A stretch of 64,000 bases of DNA, taken from NCBI GenBank assembly GCA_965231125.1, contig OZ246414.1, positions 384,137-448,136 on the forward strand, read 5' to 3'. Below are positions 7,309 through 16,649 of this stretch, piece by piece. Under the pieces are notes generated by a model. The model saw only the letters and a program-made list of their open reading frames with translations. It searched no databases and was not told where the DNA came from. Position 1 is the first letter of the stretch; every line of letters begins with the position of its first letter. Position numbers and translations under genes: made by a program. The stretch is from an uncultured Gammaproteobacteria bacterium (GTDB taxonomy: Bacteria > Patescibacteriota > Microgenomatia > Woykebacterales > RBG-16-39-9b).

Positions 7309-9303
7309 ATGGATAATCTTACCAGTATACTTTTTGGAAAACTAACACTTGAGGCGCTTCCTCACGAGTGGTTTACACTTGGGGCAACGTTTTCCATAAC
7401 CGCCGCAGGACTCGGCGTTGCGGTTCTTTTGACGTATTTTAAACGTTGGAAGTGGCTTTGGCGTGAGTGGCTCACGTCGACCGATCCCAAAAAAATCGGG
7501 GTTATGTACATTGTTGTCGCGTCTCTTATGCTCATACGGGGCGGGCTCGATGCCGTAATGATCTGGCTTCAGCAGACACTATCGGTTGGGTCTTCACACG
7601 GATATCTCACAGCTGACCATTTTCAGCAAATCTTTACGGCTCACGGTAACATAATGGTTTTCTTCGTTACCATGGGCTTTTTGTTCGGACTGATAAATAT
7701 CATCGTACCTTTGCAAATTGGCGCGCGAGACCTTGCTTTTCCATTTTTGAACAGCCTAGGTTTTTGGTTGTATGTCGCGGGCGCAGTGCTCATCAACCTA
7801 TTTTTTGTTTTAGGCGGCCAGTTCGCCGCGACTGGATGGCTCGCGGTTACACCACTTTCGGAGATGCAGTTTAGTCCTGGCGTCGGAGTTGATTATTGGA
7901 TCTGGAGCTTACAAGTGTCCGGACTGGGAACACTCCTGGGTGGTATTAATTTCTTCGTAACAATTCTCAAGATGCGCGCTCCGGGCATGACACTCGCGCG
8001 CATGCCGCTGTTCACTTGGACCTCGCTTTGTAGCATGGTGCTGGTTATTACTGTCTTCCCGATACTTACTGTCACGACTCTGCTACTATTTTTAGATCGT
8101 TTTTTCGGTATGCACTTCTTTACTGCCGGTGGTGGGGGAAACGCAATGATGTACATCAACCTTATCTGGATGTGGGGTCATCCTGAAGTCTATATTCTGA
8201 TACTGCCAACTTTTGGCGTCTACTCCGAAATAGTTTCTACGTTTAGTCAAAAGAGATTAGCCGGATACGTTTCGATGGTGGCTGCCGCGATCGGTATCAC
8301 TATTCTCTCTTTATCAGTGTGGTTGCACCACTTCTTTACAATGGGTGCCGGAGCGGACGTGAACGCCTTTTTCGGCATGATGACTATGGTGATTGCAATA
8401 CCTACGGGAGTACAAGTTTTCAATTGGCTCTCCACCATGTATAAAGGGCGCATCCGCTTTTTCACTCCGATGCTTTGGTTCTTCGGTTTTATTAGTACGT
8501 TTACAATAGGTGGGGTAGCTGGGGTGCTGATGGCAGTGCCACCAGCTGATTTTCAAGTTCACAATAGTTTATTTCTCGTTGCGCATTTCCATACCATGGT
8601 GATTGGTGGCGCACTTTTTGGTATTTTTGCAGCTATCACCTACTGGTTTCCTAAGGTCACGGGGTTCAAGTTGAATGAGCGGCTTGGCAAGTACGCCTTC
8701 TGGTTTTGGATCGTCGGGTTCCTGACAGCCTTTATACCGCTTTACATTTTGGGGCTAATGGGCGCAACTCGCCGGTTGGATCATTACGCCGCCTCTACCG
8801 GTTGGCAATCTTTGTTTATGGTTTCGCTACTGGGCTCTATCATTATCGTATTCGCCGTCGCTCTCCAGGCGCTGCAAGTGATTGTGAGTATCAAACAAAG
8901 AAAACAAAATACCGATACTACCGGAGACCCGTGGAACGGTCGAACACTCGAGTGGTCAACTGCGTCTCCTCCATCAGCTTACAACTTTGCGGTTATACCC
9001 GAAGTACACGGCCGCGATGCGTTTTGGGAGATGAAAAAAGAGACCAGTGACAAGAACCAAGTGACAAGCATAAGCTATGAAGACATTGTTATGCCAAAAA
9101 ATACTCCAATGGGTATTTATGTTGCCGGGTTTGTCTTTCTTATTGGATTTGCTTTTGTCTGGCACATTATCTGGCTTGTTTTTGTTGGTATCATTGGTGC
9201 GATAATCTGTGTCATCATCCGGACGTTCGATGAAGATACTGAATATGTAATACCGGCCGCTGAAGTTGCTAAAATTGAAGAGGGGAGAACCTCGGGTGGG
9301 TAA
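7309..9303 (+). CDS. cyoB: Cytochrome bo3-type ubiquinol oxidase subunit I (heme-copper oxidase catalytic subunit)
   Basis: The 664-aa ORF is polytopic. It carries the signature [23 protein letters not shown] and the His ligands (HHFFTMG..., [14 protein letters not shown]). The start is 3 nt after the cyoA stop, with Shine-Dalgarno ggggggt. Confidence 0.92.
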   Translation: MDNLTSILFGKLTLEALPHEWFTLGATFSITAAGLGVAVLLTYFKRWKWLWREWLTSTDPKKIGVMYIVVASLMLIRGGLDAVMIWLQQTLSVGSSHGYLTADHFQQIFTAHGNIMVFFVTMGFLFGLINIIVPLQIGARDLAFPFLNSLGFWLYVAGAVLINLFFVLGGQFAATGWLAVTPLSEMQFSPGVGVDYWIWSLQVSGLGTLLGGINFFVTILKMRAPGMTLARMPLFTWTSLCSMVLVITVFPILTVTTLLLFLDRFFGMHFFTAGGGGNAMMYINLIWMWGHPEVYILILPTFGVYSEIVSTFSQKRLAGYVSMVAAAIGITILSLSVWLHHFFTMGAGADVNAFFGMMTMVIAIPTGVQVFNWLSTMYKGRIRFFTPMLWFFGFISTFTIGGVAGVLMAVPPADFQVHNSLFLVAHFHTMVIGGALFGIFAAITYWFPKVTGFKLNERLGKYAFWFWIVGFLTAFIPLYILGLMGATRRLDHYAASTGWQSLFMVSLLGSIIIVFAVALQALQVIVSIKQRKQNTDTTGDPWNGRTLEWSTASPPSAYNFAVIPEVHGRDAFWEMKKETSDKNQVTSISYEDIVMPKNTPMGIYVAGFVFLIGFAFVWHIIWLVFVGIIGAIICVIIRTFDEDTEYVIPAAEVAKIEEGRTSGG

Positions 9304-9859
9304 ACACGACACGAATGATAAAACCATCTTCGGATTTTGGGTCTATTTAATGACCGACCTTATAGTGTTTGCAGCTCTTTTTGCTACGTTTGCAGTACTT
9401 CGTAATAACACTTTTGGCGGGCCAGGGGGTCGTGAAATCTTCAACATGCCAAATGTTTTAATCGAGACTCTAATATTGCTAACTAGTAGTTTTACTGCTG
9501 GTCTTGCAATACTCTCTGCCCATCGCAATGACAAAAACCAGGTGATTTTCTGGTTTGGTATAACCTTTTTGTTGGGGCTAGCCTTTTTAACGATGGAGCT
9601 AACTGAGTTCAGAAAGTTAGTCGCTGAGGGTAACAGTTGGCAACGGAGCGGCTTCTTGTCTTCATTCTTTACACTAGTGGGCACGCACGGACTGCACATT
9701 ACGGCTGGCCTAGTTTGGATGGCTGTCCTTTTGATAAAAGTTGTAATAAGTGGTCTTAACTCGTCCAACACTCGCAAATTAACCCTTTTGAGTTTGTTTT
9801 GGCATTTCTTGGATATTGTGTGGATTTTCATATTTACGATAGTATATTTAACGGCATGA
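9296..9859 (+). CDS. cyoC: Cytochrome bo3-type ubiquinol oxidase subunit III
   Basis: [27 protein letters not shown] matches the CyoC N-terminus, and there are 5 TM helices. The likely start is GTG 9296, which has Shine-Dalgarno aggggag 8 nt upstream and overlaps the cyoB stop. The track ORF begins at TTG 9266. Confidence 0.8.
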   Translation: MGKHDTNDKTIFGFWVYLMTDLIVFAALFATFAVLRNNTFGGPGGREIFNMPNVLIETLILLTSSFTAGLAILSAHRNDKNQVIFWFGITFLLGLAFLTMELTEFRKLVAEGNSWQRSGFLSSFFTLVGTHGLHITAGLVWMAVLLIKVVISGLNSSNTRKLTLLSLFWHFLDIVWIFIFTIVYLTA

Positions 9860-10206
9860 ACGATAAAGGAACAACTAAATTATATGTCTTTGGGTTTGCG
9901 CTTTCGATTTTGCTTACTCTAGCGGCCTATTTTTCTGTGGTGAACAAGCTCTTTAGCGGAATGATATTAACTGCTTTCATCACCGCTTTAGCGCTTGTTC
10001 AACTCATGGTTCAGCTAATTTTCTTTTTGCATCTTGGGCAAGAATCAAAGCCGCGCTGGAAGCAAGCTATTTTTCTATCCACAGTTTCTATTATCCTTGT
10101 CATAATAATAGGGTCACTGTGGATTATGAGTAATTTAAATTATCATAATATGAGCCCAGGCGATACCAATAACTACATTCTCAAAAACGAAGGAATCTAC
10201 CACTAA
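9856..10206 (+). CDS. cyoD: Cytochrome bo3-type ubiquinol oxidase subunit IV
   Basis: [26 protein letters not shown] has the CyoD-like three-TM architecture. The ATG overlaps the cyoC TGA (ATGA at 9856-9859). Confidence 0.75.
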   Translation: MNDKGTTKLYVFGFALSILLTLAAYFSVVNKLFSGMILTAFITALALVQLMVQLIFFLHLGQESKPRWKQAIFLSTVSIILVIIIGSLWIMSNLNYHNMSPGDTNNYILKNEGIYH

Positions 10207-10215
10207 CTTTTGAAG

Positions 10216-11070
10216 ATGCTTAAAACGTATTACGCACTAACCAAACCCGGAATTATTTATGGGAATCTTGTAACCGCCGCTGCCGGTTTTTTCCTCGCAT
10301 CAAGGGGTCACATAAATTTCTGGTTACTACTAGCAACTCTTTTGGGAACATCTTTGGTTATTGCTTCTGCTTGTGTATTTAATAACTATTTTGACCGCGA
10401 TATTGACTCTCTTATGGCGAGAACCAAAAATCGTGCCTTCGTAAAGGGGTTAGTCTCCTTTCGCGCCGGGATTACTTACGCAATTTTCCTCGGAGTTTTA
10501 GGGTTTTTGGTCTTGGTGAGGTACACCAACCTTCTGACGGCATTTGTCGGACTAATTGGATTCTTTGATTATGTGGTCTTGTATACTTTTTTAAAACGCA
10601 GTTCAATTTACGGGACTATCATTGGTAGTATTTCAGGTGCAACACCTGTGGTTGCTGGTTACACAGCTGTAACTAATCATTTTGACGTGGGCGCGGCTTT
10701 ATTATTTTTGATTTTAGCTCTCTGGCAGATGCCGCATTTTTATGCGATTGGGATTTACAGATTAAAAGATTATGCTGATGCGGGAATCCCAATATTGCCG
10801 GTCAAAAAAGGTATTCCAGAGACCAAGATCCAAATGCTCTTTTATATCCTTGCTTTTACTGTTGCGACCGCCGCGCTAACTGTGTTTGGCTATACTGGCT
10901 ACACTTATCTAGTCACTGTGCTCTTTCTATCCTTGGCGTGGCTTTGGTTAGATGTCAGAGGTTTTCGCTCGACCAATGATCAGGCCTGGGCGCGCAAAAT
11001 GTTTCTGTTCTCACTGGTAATTATATTTGCATTCTCGATTATGATTTCAGTGGGTGGAGTTTTACCTTAG
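10216..11070 (+). CDS. cyoE: Protoheme IX farnesyltransferase (heme O synthase)
   Basis: MLKTYYALTKPGIIYGNLVTAAAGFFLAS is typical of the UbiA-family CyoE/CtaB proteins, with their Asp-rich motifs. It lies directly downstream of cyoD. Confidence 0.88.
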   Translation: MLKTYYALTKPGIIYGNLVTAAAGFFLASRGHINFWLLLATLLGTSLVIASACVFNNYFDRDIDSLMARTKNRAFVKGLVSFRAGITYAIFLGVLGFLVLVRYTNLLTAFVGLIGFFDYVVLYTFLKRSSIYGTIIGSISGATPVVAGYTAVTNHFDVGAALLFLILALWQMPHFYAIGIYRLKDYADAGIPILPVKKGIPETKIQMLFYILAFTVATAALTVFGYTGYTYLVTVLFLSLAWLWLDVRGFRSTNDQAWARKMFLFSLVIIFAFSIMISVGGVLP

Positions 11071-11090
11071 AGGGTGTATAATAATTTTAA

Positions 11091-11360
11091 ATGATATTAC
11101 TTTTTCATATAGTGGTTGCTCTGACAAGCCTAGCCTACAGTGGATATCTCTTCTTCAAACCTTCAAAGTCTGGGTTGAACATAGCTTACGCTTTGGTTGC
11201 CGCCACTTTGGCCAGTGGGACTTATTTAGTAGTAGGCTCTGGCCACTTGGTCTCAGCCTGCGTTTCTGGGTTAGTTTATCTCGCCTTTGTCTTACCAGCG
11301 ATAGTTGCTGCACGTAACAAGTTGGCTAGTATAGTAAACGAGGAAAAAGATCTCCCCTAA
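11091..11360 (+). CDS. Small membrane protein (3 TM helices), last gene of the cyo operon
   Basis: The 89-aa ORF is hydrophobic and starts 20 nt after the cyoE stop. Its function is unknown. Confidence 0.4.
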   Translation: MILLFHIVVALTSLAYSGYLFFKPSKSGLNIAYALVAATLASGTYLVVGSGHLVSACVSGLVYLAFVLPAIVAARNKLASIVNEEKDLP

Positions 11361-11455
11361 ATTGCTTCTTATCCAATAGACTTCTCCTGAAGTTTATTTA
11401 TGTGTCAGTCTATCTACTGAACTGCAAAGTTTGAGATACTTGTTTCATATAAAGT

Positions 11456-11487
11456 TCAAAATAAAAGGCCCGAAGGGGAATCTTCGG
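11456..11487 (-). terminator. Intrinsic terminator for the minus-strand gene 11512..11940
   Basis: The hairpin CCGAAG-gggaat-CTTCGG (11470-11487) is preceded on the + strand by aaaataaaa, which is a U-run on the minus-strand RNA. Confidence 0.55.
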
Positions 11488-11511
11488 ACCTAGATTGTCG
11501 TGACTGTGTGT

Positions 11512-11940
11512 TCAGGCTAGGAGACCTGGGCGAGGAGTGTCGTAACCCAGGCTCAGCGCCCAATCGATGATCTCTCGGGCTCTTTGTTCGTTTTCCTCCA
11601 GGATGACGGACTCGTTAATTTCGGAAATCCAGGCGAAAAAAGTATCTGGAAGCCTGGCGTGGCCTTTTCCCGGACCGTCAACTCTATTGAAACCTTCGTG
11701 TTCATAATCATTCGGGGTATCCGGCGTGAGTCGGTGTTGGTAAGCCCAGCCGAGTAGAGTTTTTTCGTCCGCAGACAATTTCAGGATGTTAGCGACTGTT
11801 GTTTGGTGTCCTTCCTCCCCAACAAAAGCATGCCCGCAAGCAATTATGGCCCTACCGCCGGGCCAAAGAAGTTGCATCGCCTCCTCAAGTGGGATCTTTT
11901 CTCCGATGATCTCCTCCGGTGTGTCCGCCGGGTTTTCCAC
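11512..11940 (-). CDS. Hypothetical protein, compositionally foreign (high GC)
   Basis: The 142-aa ORF is acidic. Its local GC is clearly higher than the flanks (roughly 55% by eye). A strong Shine-Dalgarno ggaggaaacaa precedes the ATG. I recognised no family. Confidence 0.5.
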   Translation of the reverse strand: MENPADTPEEIIGEKIPLEEAMQLLWPGGRAIIACGHAFVGEEGHQTTVANILKLSADEKTLLGWAYQHRLTPDTPNDYEHEGFNRVDGPGKGHARLPDTFFAWISEINESVILEENEQRAREIIDWALSLGYDTPRPGLLA

Positions 11941-12280
11941 TTGTTTCCTCCTTCCGAAAACTATTCAGCATTTTAACATTTTCTTGTTTTCGTAGCAAGG
12001 AAATTACGTATCTGCCAAGCTTTAATAGAGGTGATGATATTTTAGGCTCTATCTTTGGCTAAATTTTCTTGAGAAAGCTTAGCTTCCTTGATGAGTTGGC
12101 GAGTTGATTAACCCGCACTTCTTGAAGTGCTAGTTTAGTGGTACAACATTAGGTTGAGAGTAAAAGAGTTCTGCTCGGGGACGAATGTTTCTTATTTTAG
12201 TTTGGAAATTAGAGTGAGGCACAACAAAACGTCTTGGTCATCTAGCTCACCGATGCCAAAAAATTACTTTTAATCTTTAC

Positions 12281-13231
12281 TTACTGTTTCGACAGTAAAG
12301 TTTCTTTCACTACTGCTGCTAACGCTTGGATAAATAATGGCGAGTCGTTTAGGGATGTGGTCCGAGAAAACTGGAGACCGTGTTTTTCTGCTTGTTCGCG
12401 GGCGGCAATATCAATATCATACAAAATCTCGAGATGATCAGCTAAAAACTGGATTGGAGCGATGAGTACATGAGTGTGTCCTTTTTCTCGTAATTCTGGC
12501 ATAATATCAGCAAGGTCAGGCTTGAGCCATTCCTCCGGTGTATGTCCTGCACTTTGATAGCAAAACACCCATCTTTCATTTGGCAGTCCGACTGCTTTTG
12601 CTACGGCGGCGGCTGTTTCTTTGAGTTGATTAATGTAATCCGGTTCTTTAGCAATTACACGCCTTGGCATGCTGTGGGCAGAAAAAAGGACAGGGGTGTT
12701 TTCTGGTAAATTATTTAATCCTTGCTGTACTTTTTGAGCCAATGCTTGAACAAAGTGTGGTTGTAAATGCCAGCCTGTAGCAATTTTTAACTCGAAATTA
12801 GCTTTGTTTAATTTTGCAGCTGCTTGTTCCAACTCCTTTCTATAACCGTCCATAATAATCGGTGAATATTGCGGTGACATGATTATGCCAATCAACTCTT
12901 CGGTATCACTGGTAAACCTCTGAGTAATTTCGGTAATAAACGGTTTGGAAAAACGCATACCAGCCTTAACTTGAAAGGTTGGTCCGTCCGGATGTTGTTT
13001 GTTTAATTCTTTTTGCAAAGCGGCGGCTTGTTTTTGTGTGGTTGGTATTAAGGGTGAGCCGCCAATGAGCTTGTAGCGTCGACGAAATTCAGCAATGACT
13101 TCGGCTCTTGACTCTCGTCCACCATAGATACTTTTGAGGTAACCGGGAATTTCGTTTAGTGAGGCTGGTGAACCGTAAGTCATCAGGAGGACGCCCACTT
13201 TTTGTTTTGTGGCGTTCTTCTTTATGACCAT
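12281..13231 (-). CDS. hemH: Ferrochelatase (coproporphyrin ferrochelatase type)
   Basis: MVIKKNATKQKVGVLLMTYGSPASLNEIPGYLKSIYGG aligns with the ferrochelatase N-terminus. The later segment IAPIQFLADHLEILYD is also conserved. I chose the ATG at 13231, internal to the longer TTG-initiated track ORF. Confidence 0.88.
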   Translation of the reverse strand: MVIKKNATKQKVGVLLMTYGSPASLNEIPGYLKSIYGGRESRAEVIAEFRRRYKLIGGSPLIPTTQKQAAALQKELNKQHPDGPTFQVKAGMRFSKPFITEITQRFTSDTEELIGIIMSPQYSPIIMDGYRKELEQAAAKLNKANFELKIATGWHLQPHFVQALAQKVQQGLNNLPENTPVLFSAHSMPRRVIAKEPDYINQLKETAAAVAKAVGLPNERWVFCYQSAGHTPEEWLKPDLADIMPELREKGHTHVLIAPIQFLADHLEILYDIDIAAREQAEKHGLQFSRTTSLNDSPLFIQALAAVVKETLLSKQ

Positions 13232-13265
13232 AGTATCGTTGGGTATAACAATCAATAAGTAAAAT

Positions 13266-14246
13266 TTACTTGTTTTGCAGCCATCGAGCAACTTGCGGAG
13301 CAAAGTAGCTGATGATAATATCTGCTCCGGCTCGTTTAATGCTTGTTAAGATTTCCATAACAATTCGCTGTTCGTCAATCCAGCCATTTTTTGCAGCAGC
13401 TTTTACCATAGAATATTCACCACTGACATTATAGGCAGCAATCGGGAGATCAAACTGCTCCCGAGCTTTTGCAATAACATCTAAATATGCAAGTGCTGGC
13501 TTAACCATGATAATATCAGCTCCCTCGGCAATATCAAGCTCTATCTCGCGTAAGGCCTCGCGTACATTTGCTGGGTCCATTTGATATGATTTCCTATCCC
13601 CAAATTGCGGTGCTGATTGTACTGCTTCACGAAATGGTTCGTAAAATCCGGAAGAGTATTTTGCGGAATATGCCATGATTGGTACTCGAGTAAAATTATT
13701 ATTGTCTAAAATTTTTCTTATCGCACCAACCCGTCCATCCATCATATCTGATGGTGCAACCATATCAGCACCTGCCCGCGCATGAGAAAGCGACATCTGA
13801 GAAAGTAATTTGAGCGATTCGTCGTTTTGCACAACGCCGTCTTTTACAACCCCACAATGGCCATGATCGGTATATTCACAAAGACAAACATCTGTAATAA
13901 TTAGCAGCTCTGGTATATTTGATTTCAGAAGACGGATTGTTCTTTGGATAATGCCATCTTCATTATACCCTTGGGAACCAACCTCATCTTTTTTTGTAGG
14001 TATTCCGAAAAGTAAAACAGCACCAATCCCAAGTTTAGCAACACGTTCTGCTTCTTTTTCAACAGAGTTTAATGGCCACTGAAAGATACCAGGCATAGAT
14101 TGGATCTCTTGTGGTTTTTTTGCCTCCTCGGAAATAAATAGTGGATAAATAAAGTCCGATACGGATAACCTTGTTTCCTTTACTAATTTTCTAAAATGAT
14201 CGTTTTGTCGTAACCTGCGAAGACGGGTAGTTGGGAAAGTAGACAT
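13266..14246 (-). CDS. hemB: Porphobilinogen synthase (delta-aminolevulinate dehydratase)
   Basis: RLRRLRQNDHFRKLVKETRLSVSDFIYPLFI is the HemB N-terminal signature. The protein is 326 aa, with an active-site lysine-containing stretch (IMVKPALAYLDVI). Confidence 0.92.
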   Translation of the reverse strand: MSTFPTTRLRRLRQNDHFRKLVKETRLSVSDFIYPLFISEEAKKPQEIQSMPGIFQWPLNSVEKEAERVAKLGIGAVLLFGIPTKKDEVGSQGYNEDGIIQRTIRLLKSNIPELLIITDVCLCEYTDHGHCGVVKDGVVQNDESLKLLSQMSLSHARAGADMVAPSDMMDGRVGAIRKILDNNNFTRVPIMAYSAKYSSGFYEPFREAVQSAPQFGDRKSYQMDPANVREALREIELDIAEGADIIMVKPALAYLDVIAKAREQFDLPIAAYNVSGEYSMVKAAAKNGWIDEQRIVMEILTSIKRAGADIIISYFAPQVARWLQNK

Positions 14247-14313
14247 TTGTATGAGTAGTATATTTGCTTATTTCATTTCCTGCAATAATTTTGTAAGATA
14301 TTTTTCAAATAGC

Positions 14314-15240
14314 ATGGGTATTCATAAAATAATAATCGGAGCAAGAGGTAGTAAACTTTCTTTAATTCAAACTGACATTGTGAAAAATAAACTACAGGCA
14401 CTTTTGCCGGGTATCGAGATTATTGTACAAGTTATCACCACAAAAGGTGATAAAGACATGAGCCCGGTTCCGCTTGATAGTATTGGGAAAGGATGGTTTA
14501 CCCGAGAGATTGATAAAAGTCTCCTTGGGGGATCGATCGATTTAGCTGTTCATAGCTTGAAGGATTTACCCGAAACGTTAGAGGAAGGGTTGATTATTGC
14601 TGCAATACCGCAGCGGGAAGATGCAAGAGAGGCGATGGTATCAAAAACTGGAGTCTCCTTCGACAAACTTAGAAAAGGTGCAATAATTGGAACAGACAGC
14701 ACTAGGAGAGGCTCACAAATCTTAAACAGAAGAGCGGACTTAGTTATCAAAAGTCTTCGAGGAAGTGTGATTACGCGGCTGGAAAAACTAGAACGAGAAG
14801 ATTATGATGCAATTTTTTTGGCTGTTGCTGGACTCAAAAGGCTTGGGCTTGAGGAAAGAATTACAGAATATTTTGAGGCAGTTGATTTTATTCCTTCACC
14901 TGGACAAGGAGCACTCGCACTGGTGACTAAAAAAGATAGTATTAAGCTGAACACATTACTTCAAAAGCTTAATCACGAGAAAACTGTAATTGCAGTAAAA
15001 GCAGAGCGCGCCTTTTCAGATGCAATTGGAGGTGGTTGTAAAATGCCAGTCGGTTCATATGCCGAAATTGATGGAGAGAGACTTGTAATCTATGCTTTTA
15101 TTGGTTCCTTAGATGGTAGAAATGTCGATAAAGATTCAATAGAAGGTGATATTACAAAGCCTGTTGAATTGGGGACTGCTCTAGCAGATAAACTAATAGA
15201 ACAGTGCAAACCTTGGTATACCAAAGAAAATGACCGATAA
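14314..15240 (+). CDS. hemC: Hydroxymethylbilane synthase (porphobilinogen deaminase)
   Basis: MGIHKIIIGARGSKLSLIQTDIV is the HemC N-terminus. The cofactor-binding Cys region is GGGCKMPVG. The gene is divergent from hemB. Confidence 0.9.
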   Translation: MGIHKIIIGARGSKLSLIQTDIVKNKLQALLPGIEIIVQVITTKGDKDMSPVPLDSIGKGWFTREIDKSLLGGSIDLAVHSLKDLPETLEEGLIIAAIPQREDAREAMVSKTGVSFDKLRKGAIIGTDSTRRGSQILNRRADLVIKSLRGSVITRLEKLEREDYDAIFLAVAGLKRLGLEERITEYFEAVDFIPSPGQGALALVTKKDSIKLNTLLQKLNHEKTVIAVKAERAFSDAIGGGCKMPVGSYAEIDGERLVIYAFIGSLDGRNVDKDSIEGDITKPVELGTALADKLIEQCKPWYTKENDR

Positions 15241-15982
15241 CTATATTGTTATTACCCGCCCACTTGAAGATGAGAAAACTTTTTCAAAACAGTTGGAAGA
15301 AATAAACATACAGATTTTTTTGTATCCAACAATTCAAATTAAAAAAAACACGTTAACAGGAGTTGAAAAAGAAGCAGTAAAAAAATTAGATACTTTTGAT
15401 TGGATACTATTTACAAGTAAAAACGGCGTCCGCTATTTACTGGATGTTTTGGATGGGTTGGGCGTAAATCCATCACTCCTTAACCATAAAAAAATTGGTG
15501 CAGTAGGACCAAAAACTGCTGAAGAGCTTAAGGCTAATGGTTTAACAGTTGATTTTATGCCTGCTCAATTTACAACAGAGGCGTTAGCAAAAGAATTTCC
15601 TGAAGTAAAGGCACAAAATATACTGCTACCACGTGCCGATATTGCAAGCGAAACCTTAACAAAGCTCTTAACTAGGAGGGGCGCAAAAGTCACAAATATT
15701 CCTATTTATAAAACCGAATATCGAGTCAAACCCAATCAGGGGTTTGAGAAACTTTTAAATGAGCACAAGATTGCATATATTACTTTTACTAGCCCATCAA
15801 CAATTCACGGATTTTTTAATAGTCTGAATAAAGAATCAAATCCATCTGTCTTATCGGTTCCAGTTCTTGCTATTGGCCCAGTAACGGAAAAAACCGCCAA
15901 AAAAGAGGGTTTTACGTCTGTGTTTGTAGCTGACACATTCACCACCGAGGGGATGATAAAAAAACTCAAGGAAATAGTGTAG
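15230..15982 (+). CDS. hemD: Uroporphyrinogen-III synthase
   Basis: The 250-aa ORF overlaps hemC by 11 nt. The N-terminus YIVITRPLEDEK and the two-domain pattern fit HemD. Confidence 0.75.
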   Translation: MTDNYIVITRPLEDEKTFSKQLEEINIQIFLYPTIQIKKNTLTGVEKEAVKKLDTFDWILFTSKNGVRYLLDVLDGLGVNPSLLNHKKIGAVGPKTAEELKANGLTVDFMPAQFTTEALAKEFPEVKAQNILLPRADIASETLTKLLTRRGAKVTNIPIYKTEYRVKPNQGFEKLLNEHKIAYITFTSPSTIHGFFNSLNKESNPSVLSVPVLAIGPVTEKTAKKEGFTSVFVADTFTTEGMIKKLKEIV

Positions 15983-15995
15983 AATTTATAAACGT

Positions 15996-16649
15996 ATGCA
16001 GTATCATAATTACATTTTTTTAGCCTCTAATTCTGGGTTGCGCGATCTTTCACAAAAAAATCTGCTTAGTTATAAAAAAGAGTTTATTAAGATACTGAAA
16101 ATAAAAAAAGATGTCATCATCAATACCTATGCCACGATCGGTTTAAAGGTAAACACGAACATTTTGCTTTGGTTTCAATCCGATTCGTTAGAGGATCTCC
16201 AAGATCATCTTAATACGCTAATGCAAACCAACTTAGGCAAGTGCCTTACCATTACTCACACTCTGTTTGGGTTAACCCGTCCTACCCAATATTCTCCAAA
16301 ATCAACTGGGTATTTGGAAACAGACCGCAAAGGAGGTAAGTATTTGATTATTTATCCTTTTTCAAAAACTAAAGAATGGTACCAATTAGACTACGATACT
16401 CGTAGGAATCTTATGGGAGGACACGTAACGTTTGGCAAAAAACACCCAAAAATCACTCAACTTCTTCTTTATTCATACGGTGTTGATGATAATGAATTTA
16501 TCGTTTCCTATGAAACAGATGGTTTATCCGATTTTCAAACTTTAGTTATGGAACTTAGGTCGGATAAAGTACGTGCATATACCCTCAAAGATACACCAAT
16601 TTTTACCTGCATCTATAAATCCGCAGGAGAGATTTTAGACTATCTATGA
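15996..16649 (+). CDS. hemQ: Chlorite-dismutase-family coproheme decarboxylase (HemQ/ChdC)
   Basis: The 217-aa ORF contains YLIIYPFSKTKEWYQLDYDTRRNLMGGHVTFGKKH...YSYGVDDNEFIVSYETD, characteristic of HemQ-type proteins. It sits between hemD and hemE. Confidence 0.7.
   Translation: MQYHNYIFLASNSGLRDLSQKNLLSYKKEFIKILKIKKDVIINTYATIGLKVNTNILLWFQSDSLEDLQDHLNTLMQTNLGKCLTITHTLFGLTRPTQYSPKSTGYLETDRKGGKYLIIYPFSKTKEWYQLDYDTRRNLMGGHVTFGKKHPKITQLLLYSYGVDDNEFIVSYETDGLSDFQTLVMELRSDKVRAYTLKDTPIFTCIYKSAGEILDYL

Noticed and set aside
7893-9327. Several 70-120-aa ORFs antisense or out of frame within cyoB/cyoC (7893..8159, 8247..8465, 8314..8562, 8706..9050, 8974..9327, 9343..9831)
   Set aside because: They are fully embedded in strongly supported oxidase genes and are spurious.
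11054-11317. 87-aa ORF 11054..11317 overlapping the small membrane ORF 11091..11360 in another frame
   Set aside because: It is Cys- and Ser-rich with no hydrophobic pattern, and it overlaps the cyoE stop. The 11091 frame gives a coherent three-TM protein, so I prefer that frame.
12277-12302. Hairpin TTACTG-tttcga-CAGTAA overlapping the hemH stop codon, as a possible terminator
   Set aside because: The stem is only 6 bp and A/T-rich, and the downstream U-run on the minus strand is about 12 nt away. It is too weak to call.
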